Origin: Elusimicrobiales bacterium
Lineage (GTDB): Bacteria; Elusimicrobiota; Elusimicrobia; Elusimicrobiales; UBA9959
NCBI GenBank assembly: GCA_041665305.1
Contig: JBAYJD010000008.1
Location: 9,209 to 73,208, forward strand
Direction of reading: 5' to 3'
DNA: 64,000 bases
Below are positions 8,889 to 19,261 of the stretch, in pieces. The notes beneath the pieces are model-generated. The model was given only the letters and a program-made list of their open reading frames with translations, was not told the DNA's origin and ran no database searches. Each line of letters starts with the position of its first letter. Within the stretch, counting starts at the first letter, position 1. A program made the translations under genes and the position numbers.

Positions 8889-10640
8889 ATGAACGATAAC
8901 AACCCCGACAACGACCAGGAAATGGATTTCGCCTACTATCTCGATCTGATAATGCGCCGGCGCTGGGTGGTCGTCTCCGTGTTCGTTTCCACGCTGATAA
9001 TAGCCGCTCTTGTGACTTTTAATACCCGCCCGGTCTTTCAGGCCCAGTCCCTGCTGATCATAGAAAAAGAGCGCGGCAATAACGGCGTCTCCCAGGGCGG
9101 CCCCATGGTCGAACGCGGCGACGAGGACTATTATCAGACCCAGTATAAGCTGCTTAAAAGCGAGGCCCTGCTTAAAACGGTTTACACCCGCCTGAATCTT
9201 GAGACTCTCCCGGAATTTTCCGGCGTGTACGGCTATCTTAAGCTGATGAAACCTGTCGTCGTGTCTCCGGTCCCGCGCAGCCGCCTGGTCTATGTAAAAG
9301 CGGACTCCTTCGACCCGCAGCTGGCCGCCAGGATAGCCAATACTGTGGCTGAAGTTTTTATAGAGCAGAATCTCTCGAACCAGCTTTTTATTTCAAAAGA
9401 CGTCCTTAAGGCCTTGCAGGGCGAAAAATCCGGCGAGCAATCCCGCGAGGTTTATGAGTCCCTCCCCGCCGTGGTGAACAACGTGCTTATACAACAATTG
9501 AAAAAAGACGCCGCCCAGCTGGAGGCGCAGATGTCGGAGGCCTCCGGTCATTACACCGCCAGGCATCCCCAGATCATGTCCATGAGGGCCAATCTTCAGA
9601 CATTGCAGAACCAGATCCAGTCCGAAACCGACAAAGTGGTGCAGAGCCTTAAAATAGACCTTTCCGGCCAGTTGATGGGCAACAATATCCGTCTTATAGA
9701 CGCGGCCGTGCCGCCCTTAAAGCCTGTAAAACCCAATAAACTGCTTAACATGCTGCTTGGCCTGATAGGCGGCCTGGCGCTGGGCATGTTCGCGGCCGTG
9801 CTGGTGGAATTTATAGACCAGACCGTGCGCACGCAGGATGATGTGGAAAATAAGCTTGGCCTGCCTTTCCTGGGCGTGATCCCGCTTACCGCATATTCGG
9901 AAAAGCAGGCGCCTTACAGCCACCTGCTGCTGCGGGAGCCTTCGCTTATAGGCGAAGCCGTCCGTAATCTGCGGACCATGGTTGACTTCGCGGAAGTGGC
10001 CCAGAAAAGCAAATCCTTTATGGTGACCAGTTCCGTCCCTTACGAGGGCAAAAGCTTTGTGTCGGCCAACCTGGCCGCGGCCATAGCCCAGGCGGGTGAA
10101 AAAGTGCTTATAGTGGACGGGGACCTGCGCCGCTCCAGCCTGCACAAAACTTTCCGCGTTTCAAATTCCAAAGGCCTCAGCGATTTCCTGGCCGGCGGCC
10201 GCAGCGCGCATGATCTTAAACCGCTTATCCAGGAAACGGATGTGCCCAACCTTTTTGTTTTACCGTGCGGCCCCAGGCCGCCGAACCCTGCGGAGCTGCT
10301 TAATCTGCCGCGGCTTTCCGCCTTCCTTGCCTGGGCCGGCGAGGATTACAATCGCGTAATTATAGACTGTCCGCCCATGTTCCCCATAAGCGACGCCCTG
10401 CTCTGGGGCAAATGCATCGCCAACTGCATTTTTGTGGTCAAATTCGGCAAAACCCGCGTGCCGCTTATAAAAACGGCCGCAAAACGCCTTGCCGCCTCCG
10501 GTATAAAGCTGCTAGGCGCCGTGGTCAACATGTCCAAATTCGGCGGGCTTTCCTATTCCTCCTACGGCTATGACCAGTACAAATCCAAATACAGTTACCA
10601 CTACGCCCCGGACGCCCCCGAGCCGCCGGAACAGCCCTGA
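8889..10640 (+). CDS. polysaccharide co-polymerase / tyrosine autokinase (Wzc/GumC-like)
   Basis: Wzz-type N-terminal TM and coiled periplasmic region, then a second TM. Walker A PYEGKS, A' LIVDGDLRR, Walker B VIIDCPP. C-terminal Tyr cluster YSSYGYDQYKSKYSYHY. Confidence 0.9.
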   Translation: MNDNNPDNDQEMDFAYYLDLIMRRRWVVVSVFVSTLIIAALVTFNTRPVFQAQSLLIIEKERGNNGVSQGGPMVERGDEDYYQTQYKLLKSEALLKTVYTRLNLETLPEFSGVYGYLKLMKPVVVSPVPRSRLVYVKADSFDPQLAARIANTVAEVFIEQNLSNQLFISKDVLKALQGEKSGEQSREVYESLPAVVNNVLIQQLKKDAAQLEAQMSEASGHYTARHPQIMSMRANLQTLQNQIQSETDKVVQSLKIDLSGQLMGNNIRLIDAAVPPLKPVKPNKLLNMLLGLIGGLALGMFAAVLVEFIDQTVRTQDDVENKLGLPFLGVIPLTAYSEKQAPYSHLLLREPSLIGEAVRNLRTMVDFAEVAQKSKSFMVTSSVPYEGKSFVSANLAAAIAQAGEKVLIVDGDLRRSSLHKTFRVSNSKGLSDFLAGGRSAHDLKPLIQETDVPNLFVLPCGPRPPNPAELLNLPRLSAFLAWAGEDYNRVIIDCPPMFPISDALLWGKCIANCIFVVKFGKTRVPLIKTAAKRLAASGIKLLGAVVNMSKFGGLSYSSYGYDQYKSKYSYHYAPDAPEPPEQP

Positions 10641-11023
10641 AAGTGTTTTATTAAAAATTTTTGCGGCAAAAATTGTTACCATCGCCCGCCTTTTAGCGCG
10701 GTGCTGTCTTCTTGAAAGCCTTGTTTTCACCGCGTTTTGCAGGGACCGCTGTGAAATATTGCCGGCGCACTCCGGAGGTCTGCCGATCGGCATCCCGGCA
10801 ATACAGCCTCTTACCGCTCCCCAAAGTCCCATCCCCGTATGGGACCTTATGCTCAGGCGCATATTATAACTGCGCGTTATACTATTATTAACAGAATAGG
10901 AAGCGTTTAATTTTTTAGCCTTAGCCGGGGTCCAGGAATCATGCATCCTGTTCCCCTGAGTACTAAGATCCTCATTCCTGCGGGTTATTGGCGGGAATCC
11001 ATATATAACGGACCTTGCGACGA

Positions 11024-12544
11024 ATGCATACGAAAACCAAAAGCTTCCGCAAACAATTTCCAGCTAATATGGCCACTAATGTGGCCTCTTTTATAATCAA
11101 TATAGTGGTGGGCCTTTTCATGGTCCCGTACTATATCCGGCATCTCGGGGTCGCCTCTTATGGGCTTATTCCACTGGCTACCTCTCTTACCGCATATCTA
11201 AGTCTCATTGCTATGGCTCTGAACGGGGCTGTTTCAAGGTATCTGGTCATCGACATCCACAAGAATGATATCGCGTCGGCAAACCGTGTTTTCAATACGG
11301 CTTTTTTCGCTATTACAACCCTGGCGCTTGCTCTTATTCCGGTAGGCGCTGTTTTGTCATGGTATGCACCGCATATTTTCAGCATCCCGGCGAATGTTGA
11401 GGGCGGCGCTAAGTGGCTTTTCTTTTTATCTATGCTGAGTTTTTTGGTTGGAATTATAACCGGAAATTTCTCCGTTTCCACTTATGCCTTTAATCGGCTG
11501 GATCTTCAAAACCTTATTAATATTTCAGCCGTTGTCGGCCGCACCCTGCCTGTGATCATTTTCTTTACCCTGTTTGGCGCAGGAGTTCAATGGGTCGGGT
11601 GGGCTTTCATGGCTGGGGCTTTGATAGCATTGTCTTTGAGCGTTCTGGCTTGGAGAAAACTTACGCCGTTTCTTGCCATAAACACCAGAGATTTTGATTT
11701 GAAAAAACTAGGCCAGTTAACCAATATGGGCTGGTGGCTCACAATAAATCAAGTGGGGACCTTGTTGTTCCTGAACACGGATATAATAATTGTCAATCTG
11801 CTTTTTGGCCCGGAAATTACAGGCAAATATGGCGCGGTTATGCAGTGGCCTATGCTTTTGCGGACTATGGCCGGAGTTTTTGCGGGTGTCTTTTCCCCTA
11901 TGGTGCTTATTTTGTTCGCGCGCGGTGATCATGAGAAGATGCTGTTGTTGTGTAAAAAGTCCCTCAAATTTCTCAGTTTGGGCATGGCGTTGCCTATAGG
12001 TCTTATTTGCGGCTTTGGCGGCATAGTTTTAAAACTTTGGCTAGGGCCTGAATTTACCAGATACTCAGTTCTATTGGTCATAATGTGCGCTCATTTGAGT
12101 GTAAACCTTGCTGTGTTGCCGTTGTTTTCGATACAAACGGCAGCCAACAAGGTCAGGGTTCCCGGCTGGGTTACGCTTGCAAGCGGTGTCATGATGCTTA
12201 TTCTGGCCTTGATCTTGGGTAAATTCACTCCCTTGGGTGTATACGGCGTGGCGCTGGCCGGCGCCGTTATGCTTACTCTTAAAAATGTGGTGTTTACACC
12301 AATATACGCAGCTATGATCCTCGGCATAAATAAAACCGCTTTTTTAAACCCGCTTCTTGGCGGCGTAACCGGAACGATCCTGGTATGGGCGGCGTGTGTT
12401 GTAAGTAGTAAAATTGTTATGCCGGGATCATGGATAACGCTTATTGTTCCCTCAATCCTTATAAGCCTGGTTTATTGCGCCGGAGTTTATTTTAAAGCGA
12501 TAAACCGTGAGGAAAAGGAAATTGTATTGTCGGTTATAGGATGA
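11024..12544 (+). CDS. polysaccharide flippase (Wzx, MOP superfamily)
   Basis: About 12-14 TM helices over the whole length. Position within the glycan assembly cassette. ATG at 11024 preferred over the TTG at 11015. Confidence 0.75.
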   Translation: MHTKTKSFRKQFPANMATNVASFIINIVVGLFMVPYYIRHLGVASYGLIPLATSLTAYLSLIAMALNGAVSRYLVIDIHKNDIASANRVFNTAFFAITTLALALIPVGAVLSWYAPHIFSIPANVEGGAKWLFFLSMLSFLVGIITGNFSVSTYAFNRLDLQNLINISAVVGRTLPVIIFFTLFGAGVQWVGWAFMAGALIALSLSVLAWRKLTPFLAINTRDFDLKKLGQLTNMGWWLTINQVGTLLFLNTDIIIVNLLFGPEITGKYGAVMQWPMLLRTMAGVFAGVFSPMVLILFARGDHEKMLLLCKKSLKFLSLGMALPIGLICGFGGIVLKLWLGPEFTRYSVLLVIMCAHLSVNLAVLPLFSIQTAANKVRVPGWVTLASGVMMLILALILGKFTPLGVYGVALAGAVMLTLKNVVFTPIYAAMILGINKTAFLNPLLGGVTGTILVWAACVVSSKIVMPGSWITLIVPSILISLVYCAGVYFKAINREEKEIVLSVIG

Positions 12545-12545
12545 A

Positions 12546-13880
12546 ATGGCCAATGTAAGTCAAATTATTAAGAATGAATTATGCTCCGGCTGCGGGGTTT
12601 GCGCCGGGGTATGCCCTATTGCCGCTATTGAAATGAACTTTAATGCTGCGGGAGAATATAACCCCGATGTCAACGATGCCTGCACAAATTGTGGATTGTG
12701 TTTAAAAGTTTGCCCCTTTTTCGACCCTAATCCGAACGAGGATGAAATTTCCGACAGGCAATTTAAAAATATTCCCGATATCAACTATAACAAACAAACC
12801 GGGTATTATTTGGATTGTTTCGCAGGTTTTGCGCCTGAGTACCGCGAGATATCCGCCTCCGGCGGGCTGCTCAGTTTTACCTTGCAGAGATTATTTGGAA
12901 CCGGCGCAATAACTAAAGCGGTTTGTGTTATCCCTAACGCGGATCCACAAAAATTATTTAAATTCACAGTGATAAATTCCGCGAGTGAACTAGCCGCTGC
13001 GGCGGGTTCGGTTTATTATCCCGTAGAGATGTCGGAAATTGTCAGGGAGATAACAAAAACACCGGGCAATTATGCCGTTGTTGGCCTCCCGTGTTTTATT
13101 AAAGCAATCCGGAACGCGACCATTATTAACTCTACTATAAAAGACAGAGTTAAGTTTTGTCTTGGGTTAACATGTGGGCAACTAAAAAGCAAGTATTATA
13201 CGCGATATTTGGCTTGTAAAGCTGGCCTGAACGAAGAACTGAAATCCGTAAAATTCAGAGGGAAGGATTTAGATCGTCCGGTATGTATTATCCATGAATT
13301 TGTTCCTAATTCTGGCCGGACAGTTCGTGTTTATTGGTCAGATATAATTGCTAAGGTTTTTACTGGTCGTATGTTTGCGTTACGCGCTTGTTCATTTTGT
13401 GATGATATCTTTGCGGAATGCGCTGATGCCGTTTTTATGGATGCATGGCATCCGAAGTATTCTGAAAACCCCGAAGGCACAAGCTTTGTTATTAATCGAA
13501 GTCTTCTTCTCAATGAAATATTATCGAGTTCTATAACGGTGCAATCAGTAGATATTGAGAATGTTATTTTAAGTCAATCTGGTGTGATTAATATAAAGCG
13601 ATCACATTTGGCCTATAGATTGTATCTTGCTAGAAAAGCTGGACAACCAGTTCCGAATACAAGGATCCTTCCCCTAAGAAAGCTTAATTTTTTTAACCGT
13701 AAGGAGGTAGAAATCAAAGAAGCGCTTAGGGCGGCAAGCAAAGGATTAGCGGAGACGATGTCTCAAAATGGCTCCATAGATATCAGTAAAATTGATTCAG
13801 ACCTTAAGCCGCTTTTTGTGCGTCAGATGTTTTGGGCTACAATTTACAAAGTATTGGCAATATTGCTTGGAAGGCGGTGA
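12546..13880 (+). CDS. 4Fe-4S ferredoxin / coenzyme F420 hydrogenase-dehydrogenase beta-subunit-like protein
   Basis: Two ferredoxin motifs, CSGCGVCAGVCP and CTNCGLCLKVCP. Long FrhB-like C-terminal domain. Classical neighbour of polysaccharide pyruvyl transferases. Confidence 0.75.
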   Translation: MANVSQIIKNELCSGCGVCAGVCPIAAIEMNFNAAGEYNPDVNDACTNCGLCLKVCPFFDPNPNEDEISDRQFKNIPDINYNKQTGYYLDCFAGFAPEYREISASGGLLSFTLQRLFGTGAITKAVCVIPNADPQKLFKFTVINSASELAAAAGSVYYPVEMSEIVREITKTPGNYAVVGLPCFIKAIRNATIINSTIKDRVKFCLGLTCGQLKSKYYTRYLACKAGLNEELKSVKFRGKDLDRPVCIIHEFVPNSGRTVRVYWSDIIAKVFTGRMFALRACSFCDDIFAECADAVFMDAWHPKYSENPEGTSFVINRSLLLNEILSSSITVQSVDIENVILSQSGVINIKRSHLAYRLYLARKAGQPVPNTRILPLRKLNFFNRKEVEIKEALRAASKGLAETMSQNGSIDISKIDSDLKPLFVRQMFWATIYKVLAILLGRR

Positions 13881-13882
13881 CT

Positions 13883-14635
13883 ATGGAAAATGAAAATAAT
13901 TTCAGGTTGGTCGGGCCCCGACCTAAAAAAAATAGTGGAGGGCTGGTCTATGGAATAGGAACCTTCTGCAAAGTTAAAGCATTTATACATAAACTTTATG
14001 ATTTCTATTGTTTGACAGGATGTTCTCCTTTAGTGTGGTGGCAAATCATTTATATTAATCTGCTACGTAAAAATACTATATCAAAAAGGCACATAGGCCT
14101 TTTATTAGCACGACACTGTGCTATTCTTGTAGATAAAAGCGCTCAAATTGAAGTGAAGGCACATTTTGTTTTGGGTTGGAAGCAATTTAGAAGTTCCAGG
14201 GTGGAAACCCGGTTGCTTATTGGTGAAAAAGCATCGCTTGTTATTAATGGGAGCTTTACTGCGTATTCTGGTTCAGATATCCGCATTTTACCCCATGGCA
14301 GATTGACTCTCAATGGCGGTTTTTGCAATGACGGAGTGCAGATTACATGTGGAAAGAAAATTACTATTGGAACAAATTGCGCAATTGCGCGAGAAGTGAT
14401 AATACGTGATTATGATGCGCACCAACTGCAAGACCCCACACACGAAGTTTCAAAAGAAATTTATATCGGAGATAACGTATGGATTGGAACTCGTGCCATT
14501 ATCCTGAAAGGGGTTGCGATTGGCAATGGGGCGGTTATTGCCGCTGGTGCTGTGGTTACAAAAGATGTTCCCGGAAATTGTTTAGCGGCTGGAATTCCTG
14601 CTAGGGTGATTCGAGAAAATGTGACATGGCAATAA
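13883..14635 (+). CDS. hexapeptide-repeat O-acetyltransferase (LbH fold)
   Basis: C-terminal hexapeptide repeats IGDNVWIGTRAIILKGVAIGNGAVIAAGAVVTKDVP. ATG at 13883 follows the upstream stop at 13880. Confidence 0.8.
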   Translation: MENENNFRLVGPRPKKNSGGLVYGIGTFCKVKAFIHKLYDFYCLTGCSPLVWWQIIYINLLRKNTISKRHIGLLLARHCAILVDKSAQIEVKAHFVLGWKQFRSSRVETRLLIGEKASLVINGSFTAYSGSDIRILPHGRLTLNGGFCNDGVQITCGKKITIGTNCAIAREVIIRDYDAHQLQDPTHEVSKEIYIGDNVWIGTRAIILKGVAIGNGAVIAAGAVVTKDVPGNCLAAGIPARVIRENVTWQ

Positions 14636-14700
14636 TGTAAAGCTGTGTTTGCAAATAGAAGTAATTTGTGACATCAATAAAATTTTAAGGCGCTGATTTT

Positions 14701-15912
14701 ATGAAAAATAATAATAATTTCATTTTAGCGGGAAATGGCTCATATCTAAATAGAGGTTGTGAGGCTATTGTTCGCGGTACTACAGTTGTGTTCAGGCAAA
14801 ATTTTCATGAACCATCCTTTGATTTGGTATCAATATTCCCGAACGAAGCATCATTTGACCGGCAAAGAGCCGAGGAGCGGGATCCGGCTATCAGTCATTT
14901 TTCTTTTGCCCGGCAGGTAAAAAGATTTGAGTCTCTTTGGTGGAAAAGAAACCTTTTAAAAATATTTGCTCCTGAGAAAGCCTCGCAGGAATATTATCGT
15001 CCCATGCTGCAACTTTTTAACGGCGCCGCGGCGGTGCTTTCAGTCGGCGGCGATAATTATTCCTTGGAATATGGCTTGCCGGGAATTTTCACCGGGTTGG
15101 ACGATGTGACGCTTGCCGAAAAAAAACCGTTGATTATTTGGGGCGCGTCTATCGGGCCTTTCAACAAAAGACCTGAGTATGAAAAATATATGGCAGCTCA
15201 TTTACGCAAAGTTACGGCCATCTTTGCTAGGGAAACTGCGACCCTGGGATATCTCGATTCGATTGGAGTGAAAGACAACATCTATTACGCAGCGGACCCG
15301 GCTTTTTTAATGGAACCGCAAAAACCGGTTGACGGTTTTAGTCCTCTGGCAGGGGCGGTAGGCATTAACTTAAGTCCCCTGATGGCGCGTTTTGTTTCCG
15401 GCGGCAATCTCGCCGCTTGGGTAAAACTTGCGGCAGAAATGGTCCAGACAACTGCCGGGCTGATAAATCGTAAAATTTATCTTATTCCACATGTTACGGT
15501 CCCTCATGATGATGATCATTCTTTTTTGTCTGCTGTTAAAAAGTTACTGCCATCTCCGGAGATAGAACTGCTGGACGCCGGTTATAACGCCGCTGAATTG
15601 AAGTATATAGTTTCAAAACTGGCGGCAGTGGCCGGTTCCCGCACACATTTTACAATCGCCGCGTTTTCAACAGCCACTCCAGTGCTCAGTTTGGCGTATA
15701 GTATGAAGGCGCGCGGGCTGAACAAAGACATTTTCGGCCATTCGGACTTTTGCCTGGAGCCAGATAAATTGAGCCCCGGTCTTTTTGCCGATAAGATTAA
15801 AATATTGCTTGAGCAGGGGCCGGTTATACGCATGGTACTGGCTGAAAAAGCTCCGGCCTTATCCTGTTCAGCGGCCTCGGCTGGAAGCAGGCTTCGGGAA
15901 CTGCTTAAATGA
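14701..15912 (+). CDS. polysaccharide pyruvyl transferase family protein
   Basis: GNGSYLNRGCEAI N-terminus, GGDNYS, and SRTHFTIAA near the C-terminus (R-x-H region of the family). Adjacent to the FrhB-like FeS protein. Confidence 0.7.
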   Translation: MKNNNNFILAGNGSYLNRGCEAIVRGTTVVFRQNFHEPSFDLVSIFPNEASFDRQRAEERDPAISHFSFARQVKRFESLWWKRNLLKIFAPEKASQEYYRPMLQLFNGAAAVLSVGGDNYSLEYGLPGIFTGLDDVTLAEKKPLIIWGASIGPFNKRPEYEKYMAAHLRKVTAIFARETATLGYLDSIGVKDNIYYAADPAFLMEPQKPVDGFSPLAGAVGINLSPLMARFVSGGNLAAWVKLAAEMVQTTAGLINRKIYLIPHVTVPHDDDHSFLSAVKKLLPSPEIELLDAGYNAAELKYIVSKLAAVAGSRTHFTIAAFSTATPVLSLAYSMKARGLNKDIFGHSDFCLEPDKLSPGLFADKIKILLEQGPVIRMVLAEKAPALSCSAASAGSRLRELLK

Positions 15913-16862
15913 CTCCGCCGATCACGGTGGTTATCCCGCTTTATAACAAGGCCGCATTTATTGCGCGAGCCGTTAAATCAGTGGTTAACCAGACCGTACA
16001 GGACTTTGAATTGATGGTGGTCGATGACGGTTCTACAGACAACGGCGGAGATATCGTTGAAGAGGTCCGGGACCGGCGTGTCAGGCTTGTGCGGCAGAAT
16101 AATGCCGGGGTTGCTGCGGCAAGAAACTATGGTGTGGCGCTAGCCAGGTCCGAGATTGTCAGCTTTCTAGACGCCGACGATGAATACCGCCCTGAATTTT
16201 TGGCGACTATTTTGCGACTGCATGAAAAATATCCGTCGGCAGGATTGTGCGCGACAGCCTATTCCGTAAAGCTTCCCAGCGGCAGGGAACTTAAACAGAG
16301 ATACCTGGCTATGCCGTCTTTTCCCTGGGAAGGGATAATTCCGGATTATTTTGAAAGCGCGTTGGGGGCTCAGCCGGTAAGCGCCAGTTCTTCCGCGGTT
16401 ATGAAAGCGGTCCTGCTCGAGGCGGGAGGTTTTCCGGCCGGTGAAAAGTTGGGAGAGGATCTGGATACCTGGTTTCGGATAGCTTTAAAATATCCAGTAG
16501 CTTTTTCCAGCTATAAAGGGGCTGTATACAACATAGATACTGTCACGAGCGCCTGCGGCTCACTTGCGGAAATCCCGGAGTTCAGGCTGGTTGAAACGGC
16601 CAGGCGGGCGCTTAAAGATGGAACTGTCAAGACAACCAGTGTGAACGCGGTAAAAGGATTGATAGACATGCGACTGATCATTTCGGCGTCATATGCCCTG
16701 AAATGCGGGGAAAAGGCAAAAGCGAGGGTATATTTGTCGCAGGTGTCCACTTCAATCTTTAACCGTGATAAGGCTATTATGAAATTCGCCTCGCTTGTCC
16801 CTTTATGGTTGTTAAAAAAAATCCTTGGCGCAAAAGAGCGCTTTGGTTTATATTTGCCTTGA
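15909..16862 (+). CDS. glycosyltransferase family 2 (type a)
   Basis: VVIPLYNKAAFI...VVDDGSTDNG...FLDADDE (DxD). Clearly paralogous to 20285-21229. Confidence 0.9.
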   Translation: MTPPITVVIPLYNKAAFIARAVKSVVNQTVQDFELMVVDDGSTDNGGDIVEEVRDRRVRLVRQNNAGVAAARNYGVALARSEIVSFLDADDEYRPEFLATILRLHEKYPSAGLCATAYSVKLPSGRELKQRYLAMPSFPWEGIIPDYFESALGAQPVSASSSAVMKAVLLEAGGFPAGEKLGEDLDTWFRIALKYPVAFSSYKGAVYNIDTVTSACGSLAEIPEFRLVETARRALKDGTVKTTSVNAVKGLIDMRLIISASYALKCGEKAKARVYLSQVSTSIFNRDKAIMKFASLVPLWLLKKILGAKERFGLYLP

Positions 16863-16868
16863 TAATTT

Positions 16869-18140
16869 ATGGCACGCATAAGTGAACGCCAAGAAAGACT
16901 AAGTCTGCGGCTTGTCCTGCTGATGACGCTGGCTTTTTTATTAGGATCTAGGAACGCACGGGACCTCCTGGATCTCTTGCCTTTCGCAAGTTTGATTTCC
17001 CATGGGGTAATGTTTCTGATCTTTGGAATTATCGGTTTATTCTCTTTCGCTTTTCTTCGTTCCCTTTTAACGGGAGTTCCATCGGAAAGCGGCCTGAAGT
17101 CCTTTGTCCCTGTGATGATAGTTATCGCCCTGAAGTATTTACTGCTCTTTATTCTTGATCCCGGAGAGTTTATGACCGGTCTGGGAATGGCCGCGCCCGG
17201 CGGTTTTTTTGTGAGTAATCTTATGGATATGTTTCAATTCGGCATTATTTTTCTTCCAGCAATCATGTTTTTGCTGTATAGTCGGGATTTTTACGAGCTT
17301 TCCATGATCAATCTGTCTTTGGTTATTGGTTGCTCTGTCGCTCCGGCTGTCGGGTTTGTTTTTTTTCCAGAAATGATAGGCACCCGCGAAACTAATGTGG
17401 GTGGGATTAGTTTTAGCGGAAGTTTCTGGAACTCTTCTGTTATAGGCGTTGTGGCCACACTGTGGTCTTCGCTGAGTCTCTGGGAACATTATTCGCGGGG
17501 GAAAAAATGGTCGCTTATCGCGTTGCTTACTTTTATTGTTCTTGGCGCAATGGTCGGGCTTTCCCGCACCGCCTTTGTCTGCCTTGGCGGTTCGTTTATG
17601 GCATATCTGTCCGTATCAAAGGGCTTTTTTAAAAAAACCGGGGTAGCTGTTGTAATCCTTGCGGGATTATTCGTGTTTTTTAAAAGTTTTGACGCAGTTA
17701 CCGTTAATTTGGAAAAAAGAATGGCGCATGAAAGCGATCTTAAAGAAGATTCAAGGGTGCGTCTTTGGAAAGATTATTACGAGCATCTTCCGGAGTTTTT
17801 TGCCTTTGGAGTTTGGAAGGAAGGATATAGAAGTTATTCAACTGAAGGAAAAGGCCCGCACAGTATTTATTTGAACTGGCTGGCAAGATTCGGCATCTTC
17901 GGGCTTGCCGCATTTTTCTGGCTTTTGTTCGGTCTTGTTCGTTCAACGCTTAGAATGTGCAAGCTTTTTTCCAGGGATAAAATGGCAATGACGGCCGCCT
18001 GGATTATCTCTTATCTTGCTCTCGGCTCCTATAATGAATCCGGGTTTATGGAACCATGTTTTTATGCGGTAATGGCATTTATCTTTGTTCAGGTCAGGCT
18101 TGGCGTCGCGCAGAGCCGGACGGAAAATATCGCTTTATGA
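16869..18140 (+). CDS. O-antigen/EPS polymerase (Wzy-like membrane protein)
   Basis: About 10-11 TM segments with one larger loop (RMAHESDLKEDSRVRLWKDYYEH...PHSIYLNWLARFG) typical of Wzy/O-antigen ligase-like proteins. Confidence 0.7.
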   Translation: MARISERQERLSLRLVLLMTLAFLLGSRNARDLLDLLPFASLISHGVMFLIFGIIGLFSFAFLRSLLTGVPSESGLKSFVPVMIVIALKYLLLFILDPGEFMTGLGMAAPGGFFVSNLMDMFQFGIIFLPAIMFLLYSRDFYELSMINLSLVIGCSVAPAVGFVFFPEMIGTRETNVGGISFSGSFWNSSVIGVVATLWSSLSLWEHYSRGKKWSLIALLTFIVLGAMVGLSRTAFVCLGGSFMAYLSVSKGFFKKTGVAVVILAGLFVFFKSFDAVTVNLEKRMAHESDLKEDSRVRLWKDYYEHLPEFFAFGVWKEGYRSYSTEGKGPHSIYLNWLARFGIFGLAAFFWLLFGLVRSTLRMCKLFSRDKMAMTAAWIISYLALGSYNESGFMEPCFYAVMAFIFVQVRLGVAQSRTENIAL

Positions 18141-19261
18141 AAATTTTAATCTTAAATGAAACTTTAAATCTGGGGGGGGCTGAAACCCTGGCGGTTGAGC
18201 TGGTCAACGGGTTATCCGCGGCGGGGAGCAATGAGGTTTTGTTCGCTGCGGCAGACGGACCGCTCAGGGACCGGCTTTCCCCTGAAATTAAGTTTTATCC
18301 CATACCGTTGTATTCCCCTTACCGTGTTTTCGCGATAATCCGCAGCCTGGAGAAAATTATCGATGAAATAAAACCTGACATTATTCACTCACAGGGCGCC
18401 ACGGTGGGAGTACTGGCAGGTTTTGCTGCAAAGCGGGTGCATAGCCGGGCTAAGGTGATTTTGACGCATCATTCCAATAGCGCGGAAAGATTGCCGGATT
18501 TTCTGTCCACCCTGTTGTTTAAAAAGTATTGCGATTTTTTTGTGGCTATTTACAGAGAAAAATACGAAGCGCTGCTGCGATCGGGGATTCAGGAAACCAA
18601 ACTGGCCCTGGTCCCGAATTTTATTGATCTTAGCTCGGTCAAACAAATTGTGCGAGGGATCGACACTGCGCGGTTAAAAAATGAGTTGGGGATACAAGAA
18701 GGTTCATTTGTGCTGGTTACAGCGGGCAGGCTGATCCCTGATAAGCGGTTTGACGCTTTTATTAAAATCGTGGCGCTATGCGCCGAAAAAAGCGGCAAAC
18801 GATTTACGGGTATTATTCTTGGCGAAGGCGAAGCAAGGCCGGAACTTGAAGCTTCTGCCGCCAAAATGCCTTTGAACGCCGAGATAATGCTTCTCGGCTA
18901 TCAGAAGGAGGTGCTCAAGTTTTTATCTTTGGCTGATGTGTTCGTTTTCCCTTCGCGGGCGGAGATGCTGCCTATGTCGCTATTGGAAGCGTCCGCGGTA
19001 GGATTGCCTGTCGTGTGTTCCGATATCCCAGGTAATCGGGAAATCGTTAACCATGGTTTTAACGGATTTGTGGTAAAGGGCCCCGAGGCGGATTATTGCG
19101 ACGCGGTGTTGAGGGTAGTGAATGATGCGGAGCTGGCTGCGAAGATGCGTGTGAACGCTGAAAAGATTATAACCGAAAAATTTGAAAAAAGCGTCGTGCT
19201 GAAAAAATTCATGCAGTTATATTCCAGGTTGGCTGTTCCTGGGCCGGGAGATGAGCTGTGA
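18137..19261 (+). CDS. glycosyltransferase family 4 (GT-B)
   Basis: MKILILNETLNLGGAET N-terminus. C-terminal E-x7-E region FPSRAEMLPMSLLEASAVGLPVV. ATGA overlap with the upstream stop. Confidence 0.85.
   Translation: MKILILNETLNLGGAETLAVELVNGLSAAGSNEVLFAAADGPLRDRLSPEIKFYPIPLYSPYRVFAIIRSLEKIIDEIKPDIIHSQGATVGVLAGFAAKRVHSRAKVILTHHSNSAERLPDFLSTLLFKKYCDFFVAIYREKYEALLRSGIQETKLALVPNFIDLSSVKQIVRGIDTARLKNELGIQEGSFVLVTAGRLIPDKRFDAFIKIVALCAEKSGKRFTGIILGEGEARPELEASAAKMPLNAEIMLLGYQKEVLKFLSLADVFVFPSRAEMLPMSLLEASAVGLPVVCSDIPGNREIVNHGFNGFVVKGPEADYCDAVLRVVNDAELAAKMRVNAEKIITEKFEKSVVLKKFMQLYSRLAVPGPGDEL

Noticed and set aside
10656-10674. Perfect 9+9 palindrome aatttttgc-g-gcaaaaatt, 16 nt after the wzc-like stop
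   Set aside because: It is real in the sequence but AT-rich with a 1-nt spacer. It could be a weak terminator or an operator. There is no second copy or other context to support a specific call.
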